From Takakia lepidozioides (lineage: Eukaryota > Plantae > Bryophyta): a stretch of 64,000 bases of DNA. The notes beneath the pieces are model-generated. The model did not search any database. It was not told the DNA's origin and worked only from the letters and a program-made list of their open reading frames with translations. The translations under genes were made by a program, and so were the position numbers. The DNA lies in contig CM060734.1 of the NCBI GenBank assembly GCA_030704615.1, positions 868,001 to 932,000 on the forward strand, given 5' to 3'. Positions 1-11,576 of the stretch are shown piece after piece (the stretch's first letter is position 1; each line of letters begins with the position of its first letter).

Positions 1-1209
1 CCAGTCCCAGATTGCGATCTCTCTTTTCTCCCGCCTTTCAAGTCCAGTACGAACACACAGTGAGGAGCTTGGCAATTGGTGGAAGCGACATGTATAGCGA
101 TGAAATATCGCAACAAAGCAATTAGCCGCATTGGAATGACAGCAAGTCAGGACGACTTCAAACGGCAAAGCGTGGACTTGTTAGCGGTGCGGGACAATTG
201 GAGGGGACTCCGGACAACCTATGACTCAGTGGCAGGGTCAAAGACCCCAGAGCCATCACCGGGATTTGATTTCCAAATATACCACAAAATATGTGTGTAG
301 TGAAAATACGACGAATGGCGAGAAGCGCAACGTTTTACCACCGATGGAGCTGAGAATTTACAGGCTGATACGGGGTATATAATTGTAGTTTGTCACTAAG
401 TTTGGTGATTTATGGAGCTGATTAGCAGCAGGGCCAAATTATTGAGTCGACGGCACTCACAAGGCCTATTATTTGCATTTCTACTTCTTGGATGGATGAA
501 AAATCCTGGAATTCGCCTTGAGGAGCTGGATGGATGAAATGACAACTCGCGCCAACTCCAATTGGATGGATGAAAAGACAGCTTTCATTTGCCTCTAAGA
601 CTTTTCATCCATGTGGAATAGTATATTATAGATCCTCCAAAGAAACAACAGTTTAATGAATATTTTCCGTTAGTCTATTAGGCACAAGTATAAAAGAGGG
701 GGCAAGGCTTCTCTTATTCTTCATCTAGCTCATTTGCTTAGTTTCCTCTTGCTTGTTGTTGTAGTGTTTGCTAGCTTTTGGCTTGAGGAGGGGCTAGATC
801 CTAGGGAGTGAAGCTTGAAGCTCCCTAGTTAGATAGGATTCTTGTAAGCTAAGGCAAAGTGGCCTAGCTTGTGGGCCTTTGAGCCATTTTCATTTGTGAA
901 GGAAGAGGACAATTTCATGTGGAGGAAAGTGACTTGAGGACGAGTAGGAGGGGCTGGTATGGACTTATGGATGAGAGCCCAAGTGGAGGCCGCATAGAGT
1001 ACCATTACTTGAGTCGATAGAGCATCCCAAGCACTCTCGCATAGAAAGGTTGATCCCATCTTACCATTTTCACCATTTGTGTATGTGATTCATTTATTTT
1101 CCAAGCAAAGCTTGAAGTTGAAAATCTGATTTAGACTCTTCAAAAGAGGAGAGTGCATTGTGGAATCCCATTATTTCATGTCTAGAAGTGACAAGGGGAA
1201 GACCCCATA

Positions 1210-1528
1210 GTCTTGGCCCACCCACCACGGCCCCAATGGACCGTGATGAGTCCCAAGACTCCCCACGACTCTCACCACAAGGTCTCAGCCCTATGGTGAG
1301 TCCTATGCCACCCCCACTAAGACCCACTAAGCTACCACCACCCCTCGTGGAACCACCCCCACCGCACCGGTGTGCGGGGCTCCACCTAGTGAGTGCCTCT
1401 GCTTCCTTGAGTGCCTTGGGCACTCAAGGGTGCTTCAGCCCCCATACCTATTGTTGCCACTGCCCCCACCATAGGGGCAGCCCCTCTTGTGTCCCAACCC
1501 CCTGCCCTCAAGGCAAAGGGCCGCGACA
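1210..1528 (-). mobile_element. Truncated LTR fragment of the gypsy chromovirus family
   Basis: Matches the U3 half of the LTRs at 2040-2763 and 17816-18542; ends in the LTR terminus ...gggccgcgaca at 1528. Confidence 0.85.
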
Positions 1529-2039
1529 CTTACACTTGAGATCTTCTATAACAGCTCACATTAGATGGCAGGTTGATTATCTGACGCATTGTGTCCAGTG
1601 CCGGTATTTTGCAAACCATTACATGATCCGCAGAGAGCATTGTAATTATTGCAACCAATCTCCTCCACCAAAATTCCAGAGGAACAGATCCTAGACTTAA
1701 ACGTAGATTATTTTGCCAACAATTAGGAAAAGATTTTTTCAATTACCAAGAAGAACAGTTCAAGTAACAACGTCTGAAGAAAAAATGGAAGAAACTTCGA
1801 TTAATCAACCCATAGAGCACTTGAATATACATTTGAACGGACAAGACTCTAAAGTTCTGAATCCTCAATATCATCTCTATCTGTAGGCCCGACCAAACCC
1901 AGTAGCCCGACATCTAATCCACCGTTGAGTCCGAGAGGTTCAATGGCGCAATCGCAACCACCTCCGGCACCTCCGGATATCCCAATCGTGGTGCCAGCAG
2001 GTTTGGCTCCATTACCACTACCGGGTCACTAGCCTTGGT

Positions 2040-2763
2040 TGTCGCGGCCTTTTGCCTTGAGGGCAGGGGGGTCGGGACACATGAGGGGTTGCCCCTGTGG
2101 TGGGGGCAGCGGCGGCGATAGGTATGGGGGGCTGAAGCACCCTTGAGTGCCCAAGGCACCCAAGGAGGCGGAGGCGCTCACTAGGTGGAGCCCCGCACAC
2201 CGGGTTGCGGTGGGGTGGCTCCACAAGGGTGGTGGTAGCTTAGCGGGACTTAGTGGGGTGGCATAAGACTCACCATGGGGGCGGAGACCTCGTGGTGGGA
2301 GTCGTGGGGAGTCTTGGGACTCATCACGGTCCATAGGGGCCGTGGTGAGTGGGCCAAGACTCACCGCGACTCATCACCGGGAGTCGAGGGTTTTCGTGGT
2401 GGTTCGCCATAAAATGGCATGGCTGGTTGTGAAACCCCCGCGGACAGCTACAGAAGTATATATAGGGAGTAGTAACCCCGAGAACGGTGCAAGCCCGTTG
2501 GTGACCAAAAACTAGTGAGTAAGCGAGCGAGCCGGAAAGCGACCAAAGAGTGGGGAGCTGTTCCGGACTGCCACTACCAAAGGGAATTCCCGCTGGTTCC
2601 AAATCGGCGGAGGGTTCTTTGGGAGAACAAAGGGGGGCCGTTATGCCCCGGTGAGCAGCCGAAGCTCCAAGTTGGCCCGGCGGCCAGGTTGGGAGTCAGG
2701 CGCGCGCATCAAAGCGAGTAACTATGACTTGAGGGGGAGCTTACCGAAGTGAGGTGCGCGACA
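2040..2763 (+). repeat. 5' LTR (~724 bp) of gypsy copy 1
   Basis: TGTCGCG...CGCGACA termini, followed by the primer-binding site. Confidence 0.93.
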
Positions 2764-2765
2764 CT

Positions 2766-2777
2766 TGGTATCAGAGC
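2766..2777 (+). promoter_or_regulatory. Primer-binding site (tRNA-iMet)
   Basis: TGGTATCAGAGC 2 nt after the LTR; variants at about 7513 (+) and 17802-17813 (-). Confidence 0.92.
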
Positions 2778-2818
2778 TTAGAGTTCAGTATGCGATCGAC
2801 CTTGGGATTGGCCTCATC

Positions 2819-5800
2819 ATGGGGTTGGGCAAGCCGAAGCGAAAGCGGAACGGCCCAAAAGATGATGATCCTGGTGAGCCCGATGGGGGCGACGTGTCAC
2901 CGAGGCGGCCGTTTGAGGAAGCGATGCATGTTTCCGAAAACGAGGCCGCTCAAGAGCGGGAGGAATCCAAGGAGTCGGAGCCCGAGGAATCCTTGAGAGC
3001 TCCGACAAACCAAGAGATGCCTCCCATGCCGGCAGCCTTTGGGAAGGGTTGTTGGCGCAGTTTGGCGGGACGTTGAAAAACGTGTTGAAGGCGGCTAATG
3101 CCACTTCCACTAAGGCAAAGTTTAAGGTGAAGCCTAAGGAACCCGACACCTTCGAGGGCGTCCGAAATCGGAAGGCACTCAACACCTGGCTCCTGGAGCT
3201 AGAGCAGTACTTCCGGGCGGCCAAGTTGAGTGACGAGGATCGGGTGGAAGTGGCTCCCACCTATTTGAGGGGCTATGCTCAACAATGGTGGCAGAAACGC
3301 CTTCACGACCGAGGTCCAAACCCGGAAACCTTGAACTGGAGTGGGTTCAAGGAATTGATGAAGAGATAGTTTGTGCCCCTCAACGCGTCCTGGCTTGCCC
3401 GAGACAAGATGAGGAATTTGAAGCAAACAGATGACATTCGGGGGTATGTCCAGGCTTTCAATGTGCTGTTGCTCAAAGTCGCGGACATGGCAGAACCAGA
3501 AATGGTCTTCAACTTTGTGGCGGGACTGGCCCCATGGGCCAGGCGGAAGTTGGAGGAGAAGCCACCCAAGACTTTGAACGAGGCAATTGAGAGGGCTGAA
3601 TGTTTCTCGGATGTCCCTAGGGGTGAGAGACAAGGCCATACGGAGCTGAACCACAAGAAGACCTGGCGGGAAGGTGACTCCTCCCGACCGGAAAAGAAGT
3701 GGGATAGGCCACGCGGCGACAATGGCATGTGGAAATCGAAGGGATGGCCTTTACACGTCAAGGCGGCACCCGGTGCTTCGAAAGGAAAAGCGGGTGGAGC
3801 GGCTTATGGCGGACAGAAGGTGACCTTTGATGGAGTGTGTTTCAATTGCGGGGAGCTCGGGCACATGGCCAAGAAGTGCACGAAACCTCGACAATTGAAC
3901 ATGACTCGGGCAACCACGGAGCTGTCGGAAGATACCATCAGTCGCTTGATGGAAGCGGTGGTCGCCAGGACTTGCAAGGTAGGCAACTATTCTTGTGAGT
4001 TGTATCAGGAAACTGGCGCCCTACGTAAAGGGAGTCAGTTATTGTTCGTGGATGGGATAATATCCGGAACTAACGTGTCGTTGTTGGTGGACACAGGAGC
4101 GTCGCACTCCTTCATGACGCCGGCGGCGGCGCGAAAGTTGGGACTCCCGACAAGTGACGTGGGGGCCTCTATTGAGGTGCGTTCTGCCAAAGGAGAACCA
4201 CAGTTGACGACAAAGTTGGCGTTTGATGTTCCTCTTCAACTAGGGAGTTGGGAGGGACGTGAGAACTTCACCATCTGCGAGATCGATGGAGTAGATCTCA
4301 TTTTGGGGATGACTTTTTGAGCAAATCCGGAGCGGTCATAGATGGCCGCAAGAGAGTAGTCACGCTGCCTTGTGGGAATGGTAGCGAGGTCTTACGAGTG
4401 TCGGAAACGCCCAAATCCGTGGGAGGGCGAATAAAACCTTCTGTCAGCAAGGGAGTGGGCCGTGGAGGAGGCACACAAGCCCCAGTTTTTGCTTTACATT
4501 AGAGAAGTGAAAGGAGAGGCGATGGGGAGCCGAGCCCAGATTGGATCAAGGGGATTTGGAGAAATACCAGGATGTGATGCCAGAGGATTTACCAAGCGGC
4601 TTGCCACCACGAAGAGGAGTTGACCACAAGATTGAGGTGACACCGGGAACAGAACCGCCTGCCAAGGCACCCTACCGGTTGAGCCACAGGGAGTTGGTCG
4701 AGCTGAAGACTCAGCTCAAGGATCTAATGTCAAAGGGGTACATCCGGCCGAGTAAGTCACCTTACGGAGCCCCGGTGCTATTCGCAGACAAGAAGGATGG
4801 GACGCTGCGGATGTGTGTCGATTACAGGGCTTTGAATAAGGTGACTATCAAAAATCGGTACCCTTTGCCAAGGATCGACGACCTCTTCGATCGGTTGGCA
4901 GGAGCGAAGTATTTCAGCCGGATCGACTTGCGCTCCGGCTATCATCAATTCGGGTGGCGGAAGGAGATGAGGAGAAGACCGCGTGCAGGACAAGGTATGG
5001 TTCATATGAGTTCTTGGTGATGCCTTTTGGGCTCACCAATGCACCAGCGACATTTAGCACGCTGATGAACAGCCTTTTCCAGGAGTGGTTGGATGACTTT
5101 GTGATCGTGTACATCGACGACATCTTGGTGTACTCGAAAACAAAGGAGGAGCACCTGGAGCACCTCAAAAGGGTGTTCCAAAAATTACGAGAAGGGAAGC
5201 TGTATGCCAAAGCTTCAAAGTGCGAATTCGGGGTCACAAAAGTGGAGTTCCTGGGGCATGTGATTACACAGGATGGGATCAAAATGGATGACAGAAGGTG
5301 AGGGTGATCTTGGACTGGGAGCCTCCGACTTCGGTCCCGGGAGTGCGATCCTTCCTAGGACTCGCCTCCTATTACCGGAAGTATGTGAGAAATTTTGCCA
5401 AGATCACGGGGCCGTTGTCGGACCTTCTGTGTAAATCCAAAGTCTGGGTATGGAACACATTTTGTGGCCAAGCTTTTGGTGAATTGAAGCACCGGATGGC
5501 GGAAGCTCCAGTCTTGAAAATCCCGGAGTTCGATCGTCCATTCATACAGATGCGTCGGACTTTGCGATTGGGGGTGTACTTATGCAAGATGGACGTCCAG
5601 TGGCTTACGAAAGTAAGAAACTGAATGAAGTGGAGCGACGGTGGCCGACGCACAAAAAAGAGATGAAGGCGGTGGTGCATTGCCTTGAGCTTTGGCGCCA
5701 CTATGTTGGTTCCAACCCAGTGAAGGTGTTCACGGACAATGTCACAGTGAAGTATTTTGCCACGCAGCCCAAGTTGTCCCCAAAACAACTTAGGTGGCAA

Positions 5801-6847
5801 GATACTTTGGCGGTGTTCGACGTGGATATCCAGTACAAACCGGGACGGGACAATGTGGTGGCCGATGCTTTAAGTAGAAAGCAGCAGCTCTTGTTGGTGT
5901 ACAAGGGTGAGACGGCGCTCCAAAGGAAGATCCGGAAGGCTTGCCGGAAGGATGAGCTGGCGAAGTCCGTGATGCAGGACTTGAGGATGGGGGTTAAATC
6001 GCAGTTCCACTTGCAAAATGGACTGCTCCGGTATAAGCAAAAACGTCTCTACGTGCCAAAGGGAGGGATCAGAGATAGCCTCTTGAGAGAATGCCATGAT
6101 AGCCCGCTTGCGGGCCACGGCGAAGCCAAGCGCACTGCGGCACTCCTGAAGAAAGAGTATTTCTGGCCCAAACTGAGGGAGGAGGCAGAGGAGTATGTCA
6201 AGACATGCACCACATGCCAACAAAACCGGAGCGAGTACAAAAAGCAAGCGGGGCTGTTACAACCCTTGTCGATTTCAAAGGGGACTTGGGAAAGCGTCTC
6301 GATGGATTTCATGACTGCTATGCCGCTGTCAAAAGGATTTGATGCAATCATGGTGGTGGTGGATAGGTTCAGTAAAATGGGCCATTTCATCCCCACCAAG
6401 GAGACGGTAACGGCGCAAGAGACAGGGCGACTTTACTTCGCCCACGTCTTAAAGCATCATGGAGTCCCGAAGGATATAATCTCGGACCGCGATCCAAAGT
6501 TTACGAGTAAATTTTGGAGGGCACTTTGGAAGAAGATGGGGACGAGGCTGAAGATGAGCACCACCTTCCGACCTACGACCGACGGCCAAACCGAAAGAGT
6601 GAATTCCGTAGTGAAGCAGATCTTGCGGAATTACGTGTCGGCAGACCAAACAGACTGGGTGGAACACTTAGACGCGGCAGAGTTCTATTATAATAACACA
6701 GAACACTCCGCAACGGGAGTTTCCCCTTTCGTATTGGTCTATGGAAAAGCACCTCTGGTGCCGACAAGTTGGGCCGCCCAGGACGTTGAGGAACCGGCAG
6801 TAGCGGCGGTACTGGAAGAACGCGAGCGTTTGTTGAAGCTCGCAAAG
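2819..6847 (+). pseudogene. gag-pol of Ty3/gypsy chromovirus copy 1 (gag, zinc knuckle, protease, RT, RNase H, integrase), 3'-truncated
   Basis: CFNCGELGHMAKKC knuckle, [10 protein letters not shown] protease, YIDD RT, integrase HHCC and DDE motifs. Frameshifts and a TAG at 3367; breaks off before the chromodomain. Confidence 0.95.
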
Positions 6848-7510
6848 TGGCAGTGGCAGCGATAGGTACGGGGGGCTGAAGCACCCTTGAGTGCCCAAGG
6901 CACTCAAGGAGGCGGAGGCGCTCACTAGGTGGAGCCCCGCACACCGAGTTGCGGTGGGGGTGGCTCCACAAGGGGGGGTGGTAGCTTAGCGGGACTTAGT
7001 GGGGGTGACATAGGACTCACCATAGGGCGGAGACCTAGTGGTGGGAGTCGTGGGGAGTCTTGGGACTCATCACGGTCCAATGGGGCCGTGGTGGGTGGGC
7101 CAAGACTCACCGCGACTCATCACCGGAAATCGAGGGTCTTCGTGGTGGTTCGCCATAAAATGGCATGGTTGTTTGTGAAACCCCCGTGGACAGTCACAAA
7201 AGTATAGATAGGGAGTAATAACCCCGAGAATGGTGCAAGCCCGTTGGTGACCAAAAACTAGTGAGTAAGCGAGCGAGCCAGAAAGCGACCAAGGAGTGGG
7301 GAGCTATTCCGGACTGCCATCTACCAAAGGGAATTTCCACTAGGCCCAAATTGGTGGAGGGTTTGTTGGGGGAGTAAAGGGGGACCGTTATGTCCTGGTG
7401 AGCAGCCGAAGCTCCGAGTTGGCCCGGCGGCCAGGTTGGGAGTTAGGCGCGCGCATCAAAGCGAGTAACTATGACTTGAAGGGGAGCTTACCGAAGTGAG
7501 GTGCGCGACA
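6848..7510 (+). repeat. 5'-clipped LTR shared between two tandem internal regions
   Basis: Homologous to about 2105-2763; ends in gtgcgcgaca and is followed by the PBS variant TGGTATCAAAGC. Confidence 0.9.
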
Positions 7511-9100
7511 CTTGGTATCAAAGCTTAGAGTTCAGTACGCGATCGTCCTTGGGATCGGCCTCATCATGGGGTCGGGCAAGCCGAAGCGAAAGCGGAACGG
7601 CCCAAAAGATGATGATCCTGGTGAGCCCGATGGGGGCGACGTGTCACCGAAGCGGCCATTTGAGGAAGCGATGCATGCTTTTGAAAGCGAGGCCACTCAA
7701 GAACGGGAGGAATCTGAGGAGTCGGAGCCCGAGGAATCCCTGAGAGCTCCGACAGACCAACAGATGCCTCCCATGCTAGTAGCCTTTTGGGAAGGGTTGT
7801 TGGCGCAGTTTGGTGGGACGTTGAAAGACGTGTTGAGGGCGGCTAATGCCACTTCCACTAAGGCAAAGTTTAAGGTGAAGCCTAAGGAACCCGGCACCTT
7901 CGAGGGCGTCCGAAATCGGAAGGCACTCAACACCTGGCTCTTGGAGCTAGAGCAGTACTTCCGGGCGGCCAAGTTGAGTGACGAGGATCGGGTGGAAGTG
8001 GCTCCCACCTATTTGAGGGGCTATGCTCAACAATGGTGGCAGAAACGCCTTCACGACCGAGGTCCAAACCCGGAAACCTTGAACTGGAGTGGGTTCAAGG
8101 AACTTATGAAGAGATAGTTTGTGCCCCTCAACGCGTCCTGGCTCGCCCGGGACAAGATGAGGAATCTGAAGCAAATGAATGACATTCGGGTATATGTTTA
8201 GGCTTTCAATGTGCTGTTGCTCGAAGTCACGGATATGGCAGAACCAGAAATGGTCTTCAACTTTGTGGCGGGACTGGCCCCATAGGCCAGATGGAAGTTG
8301 GAGGAGCCACCCAAGACTTTGAATGAGGCAATTGAGAGGGCAAAGACAAGGCCGTACGGAGCTGAACCACAAGAAGACCCGGCGGGAGGGTGACTCATTT
8401 CGACCGGAAAAGAAGTGGGATAGGCCACGCGGCGACAATGGCACGTGGAAATCGAAGGGAGGGCTACACGCCAAGACGACACCTGGTGCTCCGAAAGGAA
8501 AATCAGGTGCGACGCCTTATGGCGGACAAAAAGCGACCTTCGATGGAGTGTGCTTCAATTGTGGGGAGCCCGGGCACATGGCCAAGAAGTGTACGAATGC
8601 CTGACAATTGAATATGACTCGGGCAACCACGGAGTTGTCCGAAGCTTCTATCAACCGCTTGTTGGAGGCGGTGGTCACCAAGACTTGCAAGGTAGGCAAC
8701 TACTCTTGTGAGTTGTATCAGGAAACTGGCGCCTTGCGTAAAGGGAGTCAGTTAATGTTTGTGAGTGGGATAATCTCCGGAGCTAACGTGTCGTTGTTGG
8801 TGGACACAGGAGCGTCGCACTCCTTCATGACACTGGCAACGGCACGGAAGTTGGACTCCCGACAAGTGCAGTGAGAACCTCTATTGAGGTGCGTTCTGAT
8901 AAAAGAAAACCACAATTGGCGACGAGGTTGGCGTTCGATGTTCTTCTTCAGCTCGAGAGTTGGGAGAGACGTGAGAACTTCACCATTTGCGAGATCGAGG
9001 CAGTGGATCTCATTTTGGGGATGACCTTTTTTAGCAGATCCGGAGCGGTCATAGATGGCCGCAAGAGAGTAGTCACGCTACCGTGTGGGAATGGTGGCGA
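7511..9100 (+). pseudogene. Degenerate gag-protease of gypsy copy 2, truncated
   Basis: Near-identical translation to copy 1 with multiple stops; ends at [11 protein letters not shown], where unrelated sequence begins. Confidence 0.92.
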
Positions 9101-10614
9101 AAGTTGGGGATTTCTCCCGGGCACCTCTCCAAGGGACACCAGTCGACCTTTTGGTAGTTCGACCCGAGTCCACGTAATTGAAGATTACATCATCCTCCAC
9201 AGGCTTGCAGGTGGAGTCAATGTGAGCTGCAAGGTCCCTCAACTGGAACTCAGCAATACCAGGAGAAAGAGTGTCCTTCCGCACCCTCACTAGGCACAAA
9301 GCTTCGAACACCCAAGTCTGCCAAAAATCACGAAGAGAGCATGAGCAAAAAGACACAACCTACTTTTGACACTTTATGAAGAACCACGAAACTTTAATTC
9401 AAAGGAACGAACTCACTTTCTGCCCTGGGAACTCGCCCTTCGTAAGAGGCAGAGCGTTGATGCATGTCCAAGTTTTGATGACACGAAACCCGGAAGCTTT
9501 CATGTAGCTGAAAAGAGTTCTCCGTGCTGACATGTCATTTGACTGCATGAGAAGAAGACCCCCCGAGTCAGAAAGAAATTTGTTGCTGAATGAGAAAGCC
9601 CACTGCCAGTAACGAGAATCCAATTTGTTCCAAGTGGGGGTTGCATTGGAAGGCAACACATCATGGACAGACAAACCGTCAGGAATGTCTAGCACCACAA
9701 GGTCAGTGGCGTATGCCTGCTGAACTCCATTCACCCAATCTGGCCTTTTGTGACCTATAACCAAAAACAAGAGACAGTGTCACAAGCCTAATCCAAATTC
9801 AACACGAAATCAATCTCGTTGACAAGCCAGAATGAGTTGCCAAAACAAAATCATTCATACCACAGTTAAGACATATGTGCTTACCTGAGTAAGGAACGAA
9901 ACAAGCATGTCCCATGATTTCGACGGTACCCCTTTGAATGTGGACTTCCTGGATTCCATCACTGCCAGAAAACTTTCATTCATCATCTTACGATGGAACT
10001 GGCCCAAAACCCTAGATGGATGTTCTCTCGCCTCGAAAGGCTACTCCCTCGACTTTGTTGTTCTCCTATCCCTCCTAGTTGGAGAAGGGTGTCTTTCAGC
10101 GACCTCTGATAGGCCCTGTTCCTGCAGAGTTGCACTCTTCCCCTTCCCCTTCGGATCCTCGGCAATCTTCCCCTTCCGTTTTGGAGTAGCAGATTTCTCA
10201 GGCTCTTTTGCAGCCAGAGCTTGAATGATTTTGTCCTGAATGTCTTTGTCAGCAAGTGGGGCAAGTGCCGCGGCGTTGTTGTTAAGGTTTCTCAAAACCA
10301 CTTCATCGAATGGTGTGTCCTGTTTTGGCAGATCGAGGTACCACCCACAGTCTCTGAAGTGCGCCCTACTCCAGTCTCTGGCAATACCAGCCGTGTACAT
10401 TGTCTTGTCGTTGGAGGGGTCAGCCCATGAATAGATGAAGTCAGGGTCATCGCTAAGGTACTTTCCCAGTATGAGGACATGTTACATGTACCTGAATCAC
10501 TCACACCCAAAACCCAGACAGTCATTCGATCTGAATAGCACACAGATCACATCTCACGAGAAGGGTATTGGAATGGAGATCAGTAACTCGTTGAAACTAA
10601 CATTTATCAGCCAG

Positions 10615-11406
10615 AATCAACCTTGCGTTGACACAATGTTGATTCCAGCTGAAAAGAAAAACCCCAAACCTGCTGAAGTGCACTTTCAACGAGCACTTAC
10701 GAGAGGGAAAGCCCATTATCCTAACCCATCGCATGCACAACATGGAATCCCCAATCAACCTTGCGTTGACGCAAAGTAGATTGGCGGATCCACATATGAT
10801 AATGTTGCATGAAAAAAGACAGTGATTGACAAGCGGAATTCAACATTGCGTCAACGCAAGGTTGTTTTCATGAACAAAAGAAATGAAAAACAGTGCTAGA
10901 AAACAACCATCTAAAGATCTGTTTGTATGGATATTCAACCTTGCGTTGACGCAAGGTTGAATACCTCTGCTGGAAAAACCTGTCCATGGTATTTGATAAC
11001 TTTAACTTTCCTACAATTGTATGGAAATCGGGCTATTTCTGTGGGACATTTCTAGCAATCCATACCGTCAAACAACGTTGCGTCAACGCAAGGCTGTTTG
11101 GTGGTACAGTGTCAGCTCTAACGACATTTCACTCCAAACAGACTTTATGTTCATCCTGGCAGCAACGGAACTGGAAACGACAGCAAATAACAGCCCAAGA
11201 ATACATAAGACCTACATAGCCTGGCCCTTCATCAACCTTGCGTTGACGCAAGGTTGATTTGCCTTGCGGATTTTGCCCTTTAACATGCAAAAAATGACAT
11301 CATTGGATCCCCCAAGTACAGGAAAATGAAACCAAAACCACTTGTACATGAAGATCAAGACACTGGCGTGGCAGCCGGGATACAAGCTTGCATTAACGCA
11401 ATGTTG
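10615..11406. repeat. Cluster of 7 family-1 palindromes (CAACCTTGCGTTGACGCAAGGTTG-like)
   Basis: Copies near 10615, 10751, 10841, 10932, 11069, 11231 and 11383, with dissimilar spacers. Confidence 0.9.
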
Positions 11407-11576
11407 CTCGGCTGCACGTCCAGAGCCCTCAGACCTCCCTCAAAACCTGCATATTCGTAATTCTCCATAGAAAACACGACACAAGAATACTGAAACATAC
11501 ACTTCTAGTACCACATTTGTTTCTTGGAGGTCACACCTGTACAACACTCGTTTCATTGCTTGCTCGCTGTTGTGTT

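Noticed and set aside
480-1190. TGGATGGATGAAA repeats and an LTR-like stretch
   Set aside because: Probably an unrelated TE remnant; no termini or partner copy in the window to support a call.
1094-2721. Proline-rich ORFs (also 6573-7207, 11928-12464, 17977-18698) as genes
   Set aside because: They are chance ORFs within the GC-rich LTR and recur with each LTR copy.
10435-11257. Recurring peptide motif NQPCVDARL / NLASTQG as a protein repeat
   Set aside because: It is simply the translation of the DNA palindrome and appears on both strands and in several frames.
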